In this document: in pieces, positions 50,166 through 59,134 of the stretch
Layout: the number at the start of each line of letters is the position of its first letter
Position numbering within the stretch: position 1 is the first letter of the stretch
Origin: a virus
IMG/VR virus record: IMGVR_UViG_3300020048_000063
Span: 34,804 to 98,803 of that record
Direction: 5' to 3' (one strand)
DNA length: 64,000 bases
The notes under the pieces: model-generated
What the model was told of the DNA's origin: nothing
The model's input: the letters and a program-made list of their open reading frames with translations, nothing else
Database searches by the model: none
Position numbers and translations under genes: made by a program

Positions 50166-51335
50166 TTAAACTTCATAAACTTTAGTTTTATAAGGTTGTA
50201 TAATTTCTTCGTTTCTATCTGGATAATTTACTCTACTTAAAATATATCTTAGAGCATTTAATTGTCCCATCTTCTTATCATTCATATCAATAACACACCA
50301 AGGCGATTTTTTAGTTGATGTTTTAGCAAACATTTGTTCCTTATAATAAGTAAACAAATCATATTTATCAACTGCTTTAGCATCATTAGGACTAAATTTC
50401 CAATATTTAATTGGATGTGCTTTTCTTAAATTAAATCTAAATTCTTGAGTTTCTTTATCAATTGAAAACCATAATTTTATATAAATTACACCTTCATCTA
50501 TTAATTCTTTTTCAAACGGAACAACATCTTTCATAAATTGTCTATATTGTTCTTCGGTACAATATCCATTTACCGGATCATTTACTGCTCTATTATACCA
50601 AGAACGATCAAAGAATTTTAAATGACCAGTTGTAGGTAATGCTTTTACATAACGATGAAACCAATTTCTTTTTTGATATTTTGTTGGTATATCAAACCAA
50701 TCATGACTTACAATTTTTTCTGGTGTATTTTCTTCAATCAAACGAATAAAAGAACCTTTACCTGCTGAATCTCTACCATCTAATGTTACAAGTACTCTTT
50801 GATTTGTATCTTTTATCCATTCAATCATTTTTTGTAATTCAATAAATAATGCCTTATTTTCATTTTCAAAAACTTTTTTAGAAATTTTTCTTTGTTTCTT
50901 TTTAGTATCTTTCAAAGTTTTCAGTTTAGCAAATTTATCACTAAGATTGTATTTAGAATAATCGTTATTTATTTTTAGAAAAATTCTAGGTATTTCTGAT
51001 AAATACTCATCAAAATAACTTTCTGCTATATCTGGATTTAATTTTTGTTTAACCCTAAGAGTTTTGAAAAATGAATCTAATTCCAATAAAAGATATAATT
51101 CTTCACCAAATTCTTCTTTAGCCTTGATTTTTAATTCTCTAACATCTGTTCCCTTATTAAAAAGTTTTCTATATTCTCCAATAAATTTAATTACACTTTT
51201 TTTATCAACATCAGTATAATATTTAGTTTCTGGTTCAGATTCTACTTCAACTTTCGGTGTGTACGTTGTTTTTAAAGGGTATGTAGATGTGGAAGTCCAA
51301 TTTTCAAAGGTTTTTAAATAATCCATATACTTCAT
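50166..51335 (-). CDS. ppk2: Polyphosphate kinase 2 with N-terminal extension
   Basis: DGRDSAGKG, FDRSWYNRA, KLWFSI, WKFSPND; start reassigned to MKYMDYLKTFENW. Confidence 0.9.
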   Translation of the reverse strand: MKYMDYLKTFENWTSTSTYPLKTTYTPKVEVESEPETKYYTDVDKKSVIKFIGEYRKLFNKGTDVRELKIKAKEEFGEELYLLLELDSFFKTLRVKQKLNPDIAESYFDEYLSEIPRIFLKINNDYSKYNLSDKFAKLKTLKDTKKKQRKISKKVFENENKALFIELQKMIEWIKDTNQRVLVTLDGRDSAGKGSFIRLIEENTPEKIVSHDWFDIPTKYQKRNWFHRYVKALPTTGHLKFFDRSWYNRAVNDPVNGYCTEEQYRQFMKDVVPFEKELIDEGVIYIKLWFSIDKETQEFRFNLRKAHPIKYWKFSPNDAKAVDKYDLFTYYKEQMFAKTSTKKSPWCVIDMNDKKMGQLNALRYILSRVNYPDRNEEIIQPYKTKVYEV

Positions 51336-51351
51336 AAGATGAATATTAATT

Positions 51352-51367
51352 TTAATATATATATTAA
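51352..51367. promoter_or_regulatory. Palindromic bidirectional late motif TTAATATATATATTAA
   Basis: Perfect palindrome between divergent ppk2 and rpsU. Confidence 0.6.
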
Positions 51368-51417
51368 AAATTATAACCAATTTTTAAACCAAAAATAAAA
51401 ATAAAACTATACACGTT

Positions 51418-51615
51418 ATGCTAATTATAGAGATAAAAAAAGGAGAAAGTATTGATGTTGCTTTGAAGAGATTAAAGAACAAATTCAAAAGAATTAAGAT
51501 TACAGAAGAATTAAGAGAAAGAAAGACTTTTGAAAAACCATCGGAAGTTAAAAGAAAAGAAAAAAAGAAAGCTATTTATATTCAAAAACTAAAAAATCAA
51601 GAAGATAATTCCTGA
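51418..51615 (+). CDS. rpsU: Ribosomal protein bS21
   Basis: MLIIEIKKGESIDVALKRLKNKF...ELRERKTFEKPSEVKR..KKAIY; Bacteroidota-like. Confidence 0.92.
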   Translation: MLIIEIKKGESIDVALKRLKNKFKRIKITEELRERKTFEKPSEVKRKEKKKAIYIQKLKNQEDNS

Positions 51616-52133
51616 TTTTTTAAATTTTCTTCTTCTTGTTCCTTTTTTAAGTTTTCCATTATTTCTCGCAATTTATCTCTCCTAAGATAAATATTTGCTT
51701 CTTTATAAATTTCATCCTCAGACATTTTACGAACTTTATTATTTAGGTCAATAAACAATTCATTGACAAAACTTTTTGTACCATACATCTGCCACCTACG
51801 ATTAGAACAAAGAACAGGTAAATATTCATCATTAAATTGCGGTTTCATTATATAATAATTTATTGCAGATTCAACTTCCCAACGAAATTTCTTTTTAGTT
51901 TTAGATATTATTTCAGAATAAACATCATTCCAATCACAACCAATCTTAGATTCAATAAAATTTCTAATTGGACTTGTATCAATACTATTCCATCTATATC
52001 CTCTTTTCATTGATTTATGAAAAGGTAATTCATCATTATAATCAATATTTTTATCATGATCATACTGAAACCAACATTTTGAATGTTTTTGTTTGTTTCT
52101 TAATTTTCTATGAAGACATTTTTCTTTTATCAT
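51597..52133 (-). CDS. Hypothetical protein
   Basis: FIESKIGCDWNDVYSEI; LRRDKLREI near the C-terminus. Confidence 0.7.
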   Translation of the reverse strand: MIKEKCLHRKLRNKQKHSKCWFQYDHDKNIDYNDELPFHKSMKRGYRWNSIDTSPIRNFIESKIGCDWNDVYSEIISKTKKKFRWEVESAINYYIMKPQFNDEYLPVLCSNRRWQMYGTKSFVNELFIDLNNKVRKMSEDEIYKEANIYLRRDKLREIMENLKKEQEEENLKNQELSS

Positions 52134-52164
52134 GATATTATATATATTTAAAAAATGAAAGGTA

Positions 52165-53586
52165 TTATCTACCTTTCATTTTTCTCATTTCTCTGCGGTT
52201 GTTATCACGACTTTTTTCTTTCTTCTGATTTTCTCTCTTTTCTTTCCAAGTCATTGATTCACCACCATCTTTTAAGTTTAAGATAGGTTTTACTCTATCC
52301 AATATAGTTGCGGTTGGTTCTATAGCAGCTTCAATCATTTTAGGATTTTTGTAAGCCTGTGGACTTTCATCCAATGTAGATTTACAAACTGAAGTTGATA
52401 CAATCCCTTTCATCTGAAATTCAAAATCTTTCAAGTCAATTTTTCTACTAGCATCTCCTCTTGACATTACTCTACCGGCACCGTGATTAGCTGAAAAATT
52501 CCATTCTGGATTTGATTTACCTTCACAAATTAACATACCATCCTTCATTGAAAAAGGAATAATCATTTTTTCACCAATATATGAAGTGATAGCACCTTTA
52601 CGGATAATCATATCTTCAAAATTGATATAGTTATGAATTGATTCAATTTTTTCAATTTCCTTTGCTGAAACAACTTTAAGGATTTTTTCAATAATAGTTG
52701 CTCTGTTGAATCTTGAATAAGCCTGTGCAAAAATCATATCCATAAAATAATCAATAGCAAACTGTCCTTCTAAGTATTCCATACCCTTCATATCAACTTC
52801 AAAATCAATACCTAATTCTTTTTTTGCTTCTTTTATTTTAGTCAAAATTTCTGCACCTGCAAAGTTTTTTCTAATATCTTCTATTTTTAATTTCAAAGAT
52901 ACATTTCTTTTATCATCAAGAATTTTTTTAGCAATTTTCATATGATATTCACATACCATTTTTCCAAAATTTCTTGAACCAGTGTGAACTGTAATCCAAA
53001 AATTTCCAGTAGTATCTGATAATCCAACTTCAATAAAGTGGTTTCCACCACCTAATGTACCAATAGCCAATTCAGCGGCTTGTCTCATACCGATTTGTTT
53101 ACATTTATTCAAGAACCAGTCATAAGTAAATTCTACTTCTGAATAATTTGTTCCGAATTTTTTGTTATATGAAACAATGAATTTTTTTGCTAAATCATTG
53201 GTTTCTTTCCAATTAAAGTTTTTTTCAAAGAATTTTGATGGTACAGCACTTCTTTCCATAACATTGCTTCCCATAGGAACAACATTTCTGATTTTTTCAT
53301 CAAATTTCAAAAGCTTATCTTTATTCGTCGTAAAGTCTTTTCCAACATTTACAGCTAACATACCACAACCAATATCCACACCGATCACAGCAGGTACTAT
53401 CTTTCCAGTTAATGGCATAGTAAATCCGATTGGAGACGAAGCACCAGCATGAATATCAACCATCATTGCAATTGGTTCAGTAAATGCAGGATTAGCAATT
53501 AAGTTATGAACTTGAGTTAATGCTGATTCTTCAACATCATCAATCATAATTTTTGCGGTCGTATATTTTCCTTTTATCTCTAACAT
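52165..53586 (-). CDS. rtcB: RtcB RNA ligase
   Basis: DIHAG, GVDIGCGM, GTLGGGNHFIE, HTGSR, HNY, HGAGR, DESPQAYK. The track's TTG at 53613 lies in the promoter TACTTTTG (53611-53618). Confidence 0.93.
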   Translation of the reverse strand: MLEIKGKYTTAKIMIDDVEESALTQVHNLIANPAFTEPIAMMVDIHAGASSPIGFTMPLTGKIVPAVIGVDIGCGMLAVNVGKDFTTNKDKLLKFDEKIRNVVPMGSNVMERSAVPSKFFEKNFNWKETNDLAKKFIVSYNKKFGTNYSEVEFTYDWFLNKCKQIGMRQAAELAIGTLGGGNHFIEVGLSDTTGNFWITVHTGSRNFGKMVCEYHMKIAKKILDDKRNVSLKLKIEDIRKNFAGAEILTKIKEAKKELGIDFEVDMKGMEYLEGQFAIDYFMDMIFAQAYSRFNRATIIEKILKVVSAKEIEKIESIHNYINFEDMIIRKGAITSYIGEKMIIPFSMKDGMLICEGKSNPEWNFSANHGAGRVMSRGDASRKIDLKDFEFQMKGIVSTSVCKSTLDESPQAYKNPKMIEAAIEPTATILDRVKPILNLKDGGESMTWKEKRENQKKEKSRDNNRREMRKMKGR

Positions 53587-53642
53587 AATAATCCTTTCTT
53601 GTTTATAATGCAAAAGTAATTAAAAGTTTTGAGATAAAAAAA

Positions 53643-55526
53643 TTACACTATAAATTTATTCCACACAGATTTAGAATTTACATTATATTTAAATAAATAA
53701 AATTTATTTAACATTAATAGTAATCTACTTCTGTTTTTATAAATTTCTACCATTCTATTTACAACACTATCATAATCTATATCAGAAACGATAGAAATTT
53801 TTGGCATCCAATCAATAGTTTCACTAACAAGAATTGGTACTTCATTATAAACAAAATCAGCTGTTATTATATTAAAACTTTCTGTATATGATAATTGAAG
53901 TCCCATATCCATTTGTTTTATTAATTCTTCAAATTCATCGTGTTCCAACCATTCATGACATATTAATTTATGCTTAGCATTAATTTTAAATAATTGTCTT
54001 ATATTTAATAAAACAGGTTCTCTTGAATATTGATCCGCATTTATATGAAAATGTAATATCATACCTAATTTATCAGCTGCTAATATTGCACACATTGCTT
54101 GAAATAGTTGATTTTTTAATAATCTCAAGGCACCAAATGAACCAATGTTTATAATTTCACTATGTTTATTACTTATTAATTCATCCTTAACTTTCAACTT
54201 TTCTACTTTTTCTTCAAGTGCAATTGCTTGACCATCCTCAAAATCAAATATATCTGGTAAACATTTGAAGTTATAATTACAAACTTTTGATAATTCTTCT
54301 GCAAATTCATTATTATTACAAGATAAAATTAATTTATCATTATTTAAATCAATATAATTATGAATGAATTTAAATGCTTGTGGTTCAGCTGCTAAGAAAC
54401 CAGCATTACTATGTATTCTTATAACCCATTTTATAGTTTCGTATGTAAGCATTAAATTATCTAATTTAACACTATCTAACCACAACGCCTCAATAATAAC
54501 AACAGTAGGATTAAAACTATCAATTTCTGTTTGAATATTACCAGCATCCTTAACCATAGATATTTTACATTGATTTTGTGTTGTTTCTAAATAATCAGCA
54601 ACCATTTTAGCCGAACTATAAAGACCTGTTGAAACAGAAGACTCAGGATATGAATTTTCTTTTAATAAAAACAATACTCTATCATGAAATCTTGTAACAT
54701 CAATTGTTTTTGTTGAACTTACAGTCCCACATAAATTAGTAACTGAATATGATATAATTGCTGAACCTTCTGATATTCCCTTAACTATCCCAGTTTTTGG
54801 TTCAACAGATGCAACAAATATATTACTACTACTCCAAAAACCTCCACTATTATTACTATCAGTAGTATATGTTGTTGTTGCTCCAACAGATAAATAATTA
54901 TCACCTATAATATTACCTGGATTTAAAACAGGTTTAACTAAAATTGAAGCATTTGCCTTATTTGTACCACAAATATTTGATACTGAAAATGTTATTGTAG
55001 CAGATCCTTCGGATATTCCAGTTACTACACCAGAATTAGAAACAGTTGCCACATTTATATTATTACTACTCCAAGTTCCAACTACATCAACAGTGCTACT
55101 AAGTGATATTGTTGATCCAACGCAAACAATTTTTTCACCTTTAATAATTCCAGCATTTAAATATTCATTAATTGTAACTGTTTTTTTTGTCCTACTTGTT
55201 TTCCCTCTGCGTGTCACAGAATATGAAATTGTAACTATACCTGCAGAAATTCCTTTTAATATTCCACTTTTTAAATTTATAGTCGCAATATTACTATCAC
55301 TACTATCCCATTCACCACCACGATCACCATTAGTACTATACTTTACAAAATTGCCGACACATGTTGAATCATCACCACTTATAGTTCCTGCATCTGGATA
55401 TCTACTACCAAACTGATTAAGTGCAACTTCCTCAGCTTGATTTTGATTTTGTATATTCTTTTCTTCTTCTATTTTAACAATTTTTTTACCTCTATGTTTA
55501 AAAAAATCTGTAATTTTATTTGCCAT
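53643..55526 (-). CDS. Ig-like (Big_2 x3) plus GT-B (GT4-like) glycosyltransferase fusion
   Basis: Three WxSxNxxVAxV..GxVxGISxGxAxIxYSV repeats; C-terminal IIEALW, IRIHS, QLSYTESFNIITADF..VPILVS. Confidence 0.75.
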   Translation of the reverse strand: MANKITDFFKHRGKKIVKIEEEKNIQNQNQAEEVALNQFGSRYPDAGTISGDDSTCVGNFVKYSTNGDRGGEWDSSDSNIATINLKSGILKGISAGIVTISYSVTRRGKTSRTKKTVTINEYLNAGIIKGEKIVCVGSTISLSSTVDVVGTWSSNNINVATVSNSGVVTGISEGSATITFSVSNICGTNKANASILVKPVLNPGNIIGDNYLSVGATTTYTTDSNNSGGFWSSSNIFVASVEPKTGIVKGISEGSAIISYSVTNLCGTVSSTKTIDVTRFHDRVLFLLKENSYPESSVSTGLYSSAKMVADYLETTQNQCKISMVKDAGNIQTEIDSFNPTVVIIEALWLDSVKLDNLMLTYETIKWVIRIHSNAGFLAAEPQAFKFIHNYIDLNNDKLILSCNNNEFAEELSKVCNYNFKCLPDIFDFEDGQAIALEEKVEKLKVKDELISNKHSEIINIGSFGALRLLKNQLFQAMCAILAADKLGMILHFHINADQYSREPVLLNIRQLFKINAKHKLICHEWLEHDEFEELIKQMDMGLQLSYTESFNIITADFVYNEVPILVSETIDWMPKISIVSDIDYDSVVNRMVEIYKNRSRLLLMLNKFYLFKYNVNSKSVWNKFIV

Positions 55527-55636
55527 TTTTTTATATTATTTTTACGTTATATATAAAAAAATATATAGTTTATTTTACAAAAAATAGGGTTTTTCAATTT
55601 TATATTTTATATATAAGGAAAAAAATAATTAATATA

Positions 55637-56671
55637 ATGAAAATTTTATTCATATTGAAAGATAGATTCTACAACAAGTCACACTCAAAATCTTATGGAC
55701 TAATAAATTCATCTAAACAAGTTGCACAATATCTTGAAAAAATTGGACATGAATATAAAATAGTACAAGTAATAGATGGTAATTCTTTAGATAAAGAAAT
55801 ATTTGAATATAAACCAGATATGGTTATTATAGAGGCTTTATGGGTAACTGGTTCTAAAATAAAAGAACTAATGGAAATACCGAGGTATAAAAATATACAA
55901 TGGGTTATTAGAGTCCATAGTGATATTGGATTTTTAAGTGCTGAAACTTTAGCAATGAAATATATAAATGATTATATCAATCTTAAAAAAGATAATTTAT
56001 TTGTTTCTTGTAATAATTTAGAATTTAATTACTTTTTATCTAAAACGATAAACTATGATTTTGTTTATTTACCAAATATTATTGAATTAGAATTTACTGA
56101 TAGTGAATTAGAAAAGAAAGAACATATTGATATTGGAAGTTTTGGTTCATTAAGAATCTTAAAAAATCAATGTTATCAAGCAATGTGTGCTATAGCAGCC
56201 GCAGACAAATTAGGTAAAAAATTAAAATTTCATGTTTCAGTTGATATTAATATAGATAAAAATGAAAATACAAATCCAGTATTAAAAAATTTAGAAGAAT
56301 TATTCTCTACAAGTGAGCATGAATTAATAAAACATTCTTGGTTGGCAAATGATGATTTTCATGAATTAATTAAAACAATGGATTTAGGATTACAACTATC
56401 ATATACAGAAAGTTTCAATATTGTAACTGCTGATTTTGTTAGACATGGTGTTCCAATAATAGTTAGCGATGCCATAAAATGGATGCCAAATTTCTTAAAA
56501 ACATCAACTGTGGATTATCATGAAACTATTCATAAAATTATAAAAGTTTACAGATTAAGAAATTGTAAATTTTTAACAAAGTGGTCACGAAGAAAGTTAA
56601 AAAAATATAATAATCTCGCAAAAAGTGATTGGTTATATTTTATGAATTATTTTGAAAACAAAAAATCCTAG
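55637..56671 (+). CDS. GT-B (GT4-like) glycosyltransferase, paralog of the adjacent gene
   Basis: QLSYTESFNIVTADFVRHGVPIIVS; start reassigned to MKILFILK after late motif 55606-55615. Confidence 0.75.
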   Translation: MKILFILKDRFYNKSHSKSYGLINSSKQVAQYLEKIGHEYKIVQVIDGNSLDKEIFEYKPDMVIIEALWVTGSKIKELMEIPRYKNIQWVIRVHSDIGFLSAETLAMKYINDYINLKKDNLFVSCNNLEFNYFLSKTINYDFVYLPNIIELEFTDSELEKKEHIDIGSFGSLRILKNQCYQAMCAIAAADKLGKKLKFHVSVDINIDKNENTNPVLKNLEELFSTSEHELIKHSWLANDDFHELIKTMDLGLQLSYTESFNIVTADFVRHGVPIIVSDAIKWMPNFLKTSTVDYHETIHKIIKVYRLRNCKFLTKWSRRKLKKYNNLAKSDWLYFMNYFENKKS

Positions 56672-56692
56672 TAAAACTAGGATTTTTTGTTT
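56656..56692. terminator. Bidirectional terminator
   Basis: AAACAAAAAATCCTAGT-aaa-ACTAGGATTTTTTGTTT between convergent genes. Confidence 0.85.
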
Positions 56693-57173
56693 AACAATTT
56701 TTAATCATATCTCTTACTTTTGCGGCATTTTCATAATCTTCATCCGCTACATATTTTGCCATTTTTTCGGTCAAAAAGCCCTTCTGAATACCACGAATTT
56801 CAGGATCTTCATATTGATAATTTTCCATAAGGTCCTCAAAAACCCTTTCATACTTTTTAGTTTCATTAATCATCATATCCTTTGTAATAAAAGGTATTTG
56901 AATTTGATCCAAAACTATATTAACTTTTTCTTGTGTTTCTTTTAATTTATGATAAATTTGAAACGCATCTACCATTAGATCATCTATATGATGAATAGTT
57001 GTATCTAAAGGAGTATCCTTTATTTTATAGGTTTCAGCTTGCTCTAATAAATTCTGATGGTTGAATTTTTTACCTTCAATCAAAACGAAAGTTTTAATCC
57101 AATAAATTAGAGTTAAAAAATCATCAATATTTATTTTACTTTTCACTTGCATCTCTTTGTTTTTTACTATCAT
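56691..57173 (-). CDS. Protein with C-terminal UVR (UvrB/C) motif
   Basis: MAKYVADEDYENAAKVRDMI. Confidence 0.75.
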   Translation of the reverse strand: MIVKNKEMQVKSKINIDDFLTLIYWIKTFVLIEGKKFNHQNLLEQAETYKIKDTPLDTTIHHIDDLMVDAFQIYHKLKETQEKVNIVLDQIQIPFITKDMMINETKKYERVFEDLMENYQYEDPEIRGIQKGFLTEKMAKYVADEDYENAAKVRDMIKNC

Positions 57174-57199
57174 TATATTTTGTTTTTTAGTTATTGTTT

Positions 57200-57586
57200 T
57201 TATTCTTGAGGAAAAAATTCATCAATAGATAAAAGTTCATCAACAGATAAATTCATCAATAAAGAATGTAACGTATCTTCGTTAATATTTCTTAGTTTTA
57301 CTATTAGTTGATCAACGAGAGGTTTTTTAGCAAGTTTTTCAAGTTTTAGTTTTCTATCTTCTTTTATATATGATAATTTGCCTTCCCAATATAAATCTAT
57401 TACATCCTTACATTCTTTTAAACCACCACTTGTATATTCTTTCAATGCTTTTACACTTGCAAGTTTGGCATTTGTCCTGGTAAATTCTACAAATTCATCT
57501 TTATGTTGATAAATTGCTTTACATGCTCTATCAAAAAAAATATCATCAATATTAATTGTGCCAAATTTAGTATTAAAAGTTTTCAT
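57200..57586 (-). CDS. Protein with ribosomal bL12 C-terminal-like domain
   Basis: KLASVKALKEYTSGGLKECKDVID; early promoter at 57612-57619. Confidence 0.65.
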   Translation of the reverse strand: MKTFNTKFGTINIDDIFFDRACKAIYQHKDEFVEFTRTNAKLASVKALKEYTSGGLKECKDVIDLYWEGKLSYIKEDRKLKLEKLAKKPLVDQLIVKLRNINEDTLHSLLMNLSVDELLSIDEFFPQE

Positions 57587-57642
57587 GATTTTTTCTATGA
57601 TTATTGTTCTACAAAAGTATGAAAAATTCTATAATAAAAAAA

Positions 57643-57954
57643 TTATTTGTACAATTTTTTCAATTTCATTTTTCTGATAATTTTAATACCATTTAAAATT
57701 TCTACATAATCAAAAATAAATGAATCTCCCTCAATCTTTTTTGCAACATATACTGTATTATATAAAATAAAAAGAAAATAACTTTCCTGAAAAAGAGGAT
57801 GATCCTGTTTTATTCTTTCATTTAATTGAAAAGTTTTTAATTTGAATAAATAAGATTTAAAAATCTCACTTTTAGTTTTTAAGTCAATTGGATTTTTATT
57901 CCTTATATGAAAGTTTATATCCTTAACAAAATCATATGATTGATAGGTTGACAT
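57643..57954 (-). CDS. Hypothetical protein
   Basis: C-terminal IRKMKLKKL. Confidence 0.65.
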   Translation of the reverse strand: MSTYQSYDFVKDINFHIRNKNPIDLKTKSEIFKSYLFKLKTFQLNERIKQDHPLFQESYFLFILYNTVYVAKKIEGDSFIFDYVEILNGIKIIRKMKLKKLYK

Positions 57955-57955
57955 C

Positions 57956-59077
57956 TTAATCCATTTTATTGGGCTGAATTGATGCTTTAACAGCCGAACT
58001 ATCTATTAATTGTTGCCTTACATATTGTGGTGGTTGATAACCCAATTTACCATTATTGTAAATAACATTCATAAATATTCCGTGAATAAAACTACCATCA
58101 TTTATAACACCATCTAACCAAAATCCATTTTCCCAATACCCATTATTAAAGGTTCCACCTGACCAAAATCCTTCAAACCAATATCCATTATTAAAATTAC
58201 CTGTTTTATGAGTTCCACCATACCATTTACCATTATACCAAACACCATTATACCAAACAGTTCTATTATGATTATCCGATACTAATGTAACACCCGATAC
58301 AATATTTAAACCTGAATGAAATTCACCATCCATAAATTGACCATTATACCAAAATACCGTAGTACCTGTATTTGTAGTACCTGTAAGAGGCATTGAACCA
58401 AATCTACTTTTAACATCTGGATTTGTTTGATTAAACTTACCATCTAACCAATAACCTAAAACAAAATCTCCACCTGTAAAATTTCCTGTCCACCACATAT
58501 ATCCTTGAAAAGTACCATTTGAGAAAACTCCATCTATCCATTCACTATTATAAAAGATTCCATTTTGAAACATTCCACCTAACCAAGCAGAATTTCTAAA
58601 TATACCATTATAAAATATACCATCTTCCCATCTAGTTTCATAATAAATTATATCAACAAAAGTTGAAGCTGACCAATTCATTAATGGTTCCGCACCAAAA
58701 TATCCATTAAAAAATTCACCTCTACGCCAAATTCCATGTAAAAATTGAGAATAAATTGGATTATCTTTCTCTAAAATTCTAATATTTCTTTGTAGTAATT
58801 GTCTTGTATCAAAACGATATGAATAAAATTTACCGTTTTTCCATTCACCATCATACCAAATTCCTGAATACCAAGTACCATCTTCCCATTCACCTGCTAT
58901 CCAATTACCTGAATACCATACTAATCCATAATCATCTTGTCCTATAATTGCATTTTCAATAATAGCATTTAATAGCCAAATATATTTTCTTTTAATTATA
59001 TCAGCGGTTAAACCATCTATCATGGTTATATTTGTTAATGTGTCACTATAATTTAGGATATCAGTAATTTTTGTCAT
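57956..59077 (-). CDS. [WF]xxGx pentapeptide-repeat protein
   Basis: Dozens of WYSGN/WIAGE/WEDGT/FYNGI units; late motif at 59082-59091. Confidence 0.8.
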   Translation of the reverse strand: MTKITDILNYSDTLTNITMIDGLTADIIKRKYIWLLNAIIENAIIGQDDYGLVWYSGNWIAGEWEDGTWYSGIWYDGEWKNGKFYSYRFDTRQLLQRNIRILEKDNPIYSQFLHGIWRRGEFFNGYFGAEPLMNWSASTFVDIIYYETRWEDGIFYNGIFRNSAWLGGMFQNGIFYNSEWIDGVFSNGTFQGYMWWTGNFTGGDFVLGYWLDGKFNQTNPDVKSRFGSMPLTGTTNTGTTVFWYNGQFMDGEFHSGLNIVSGVTLVSDNHNRTVWYNGVWYNGKWYGGTHKTGNFNNGYWFEGFWSGGTFNNGYWENGFWLDGVINDGSFIHGIFMNVIYNNGKLGYQPPQYVRQQLIDSSAVKASIQPNKMD

Positions 59078-59134
59078 GTACTATATATAAATTTTTATTT
59101 ACTGAACAGATTTATTTGTTCATTAATTTGTATT

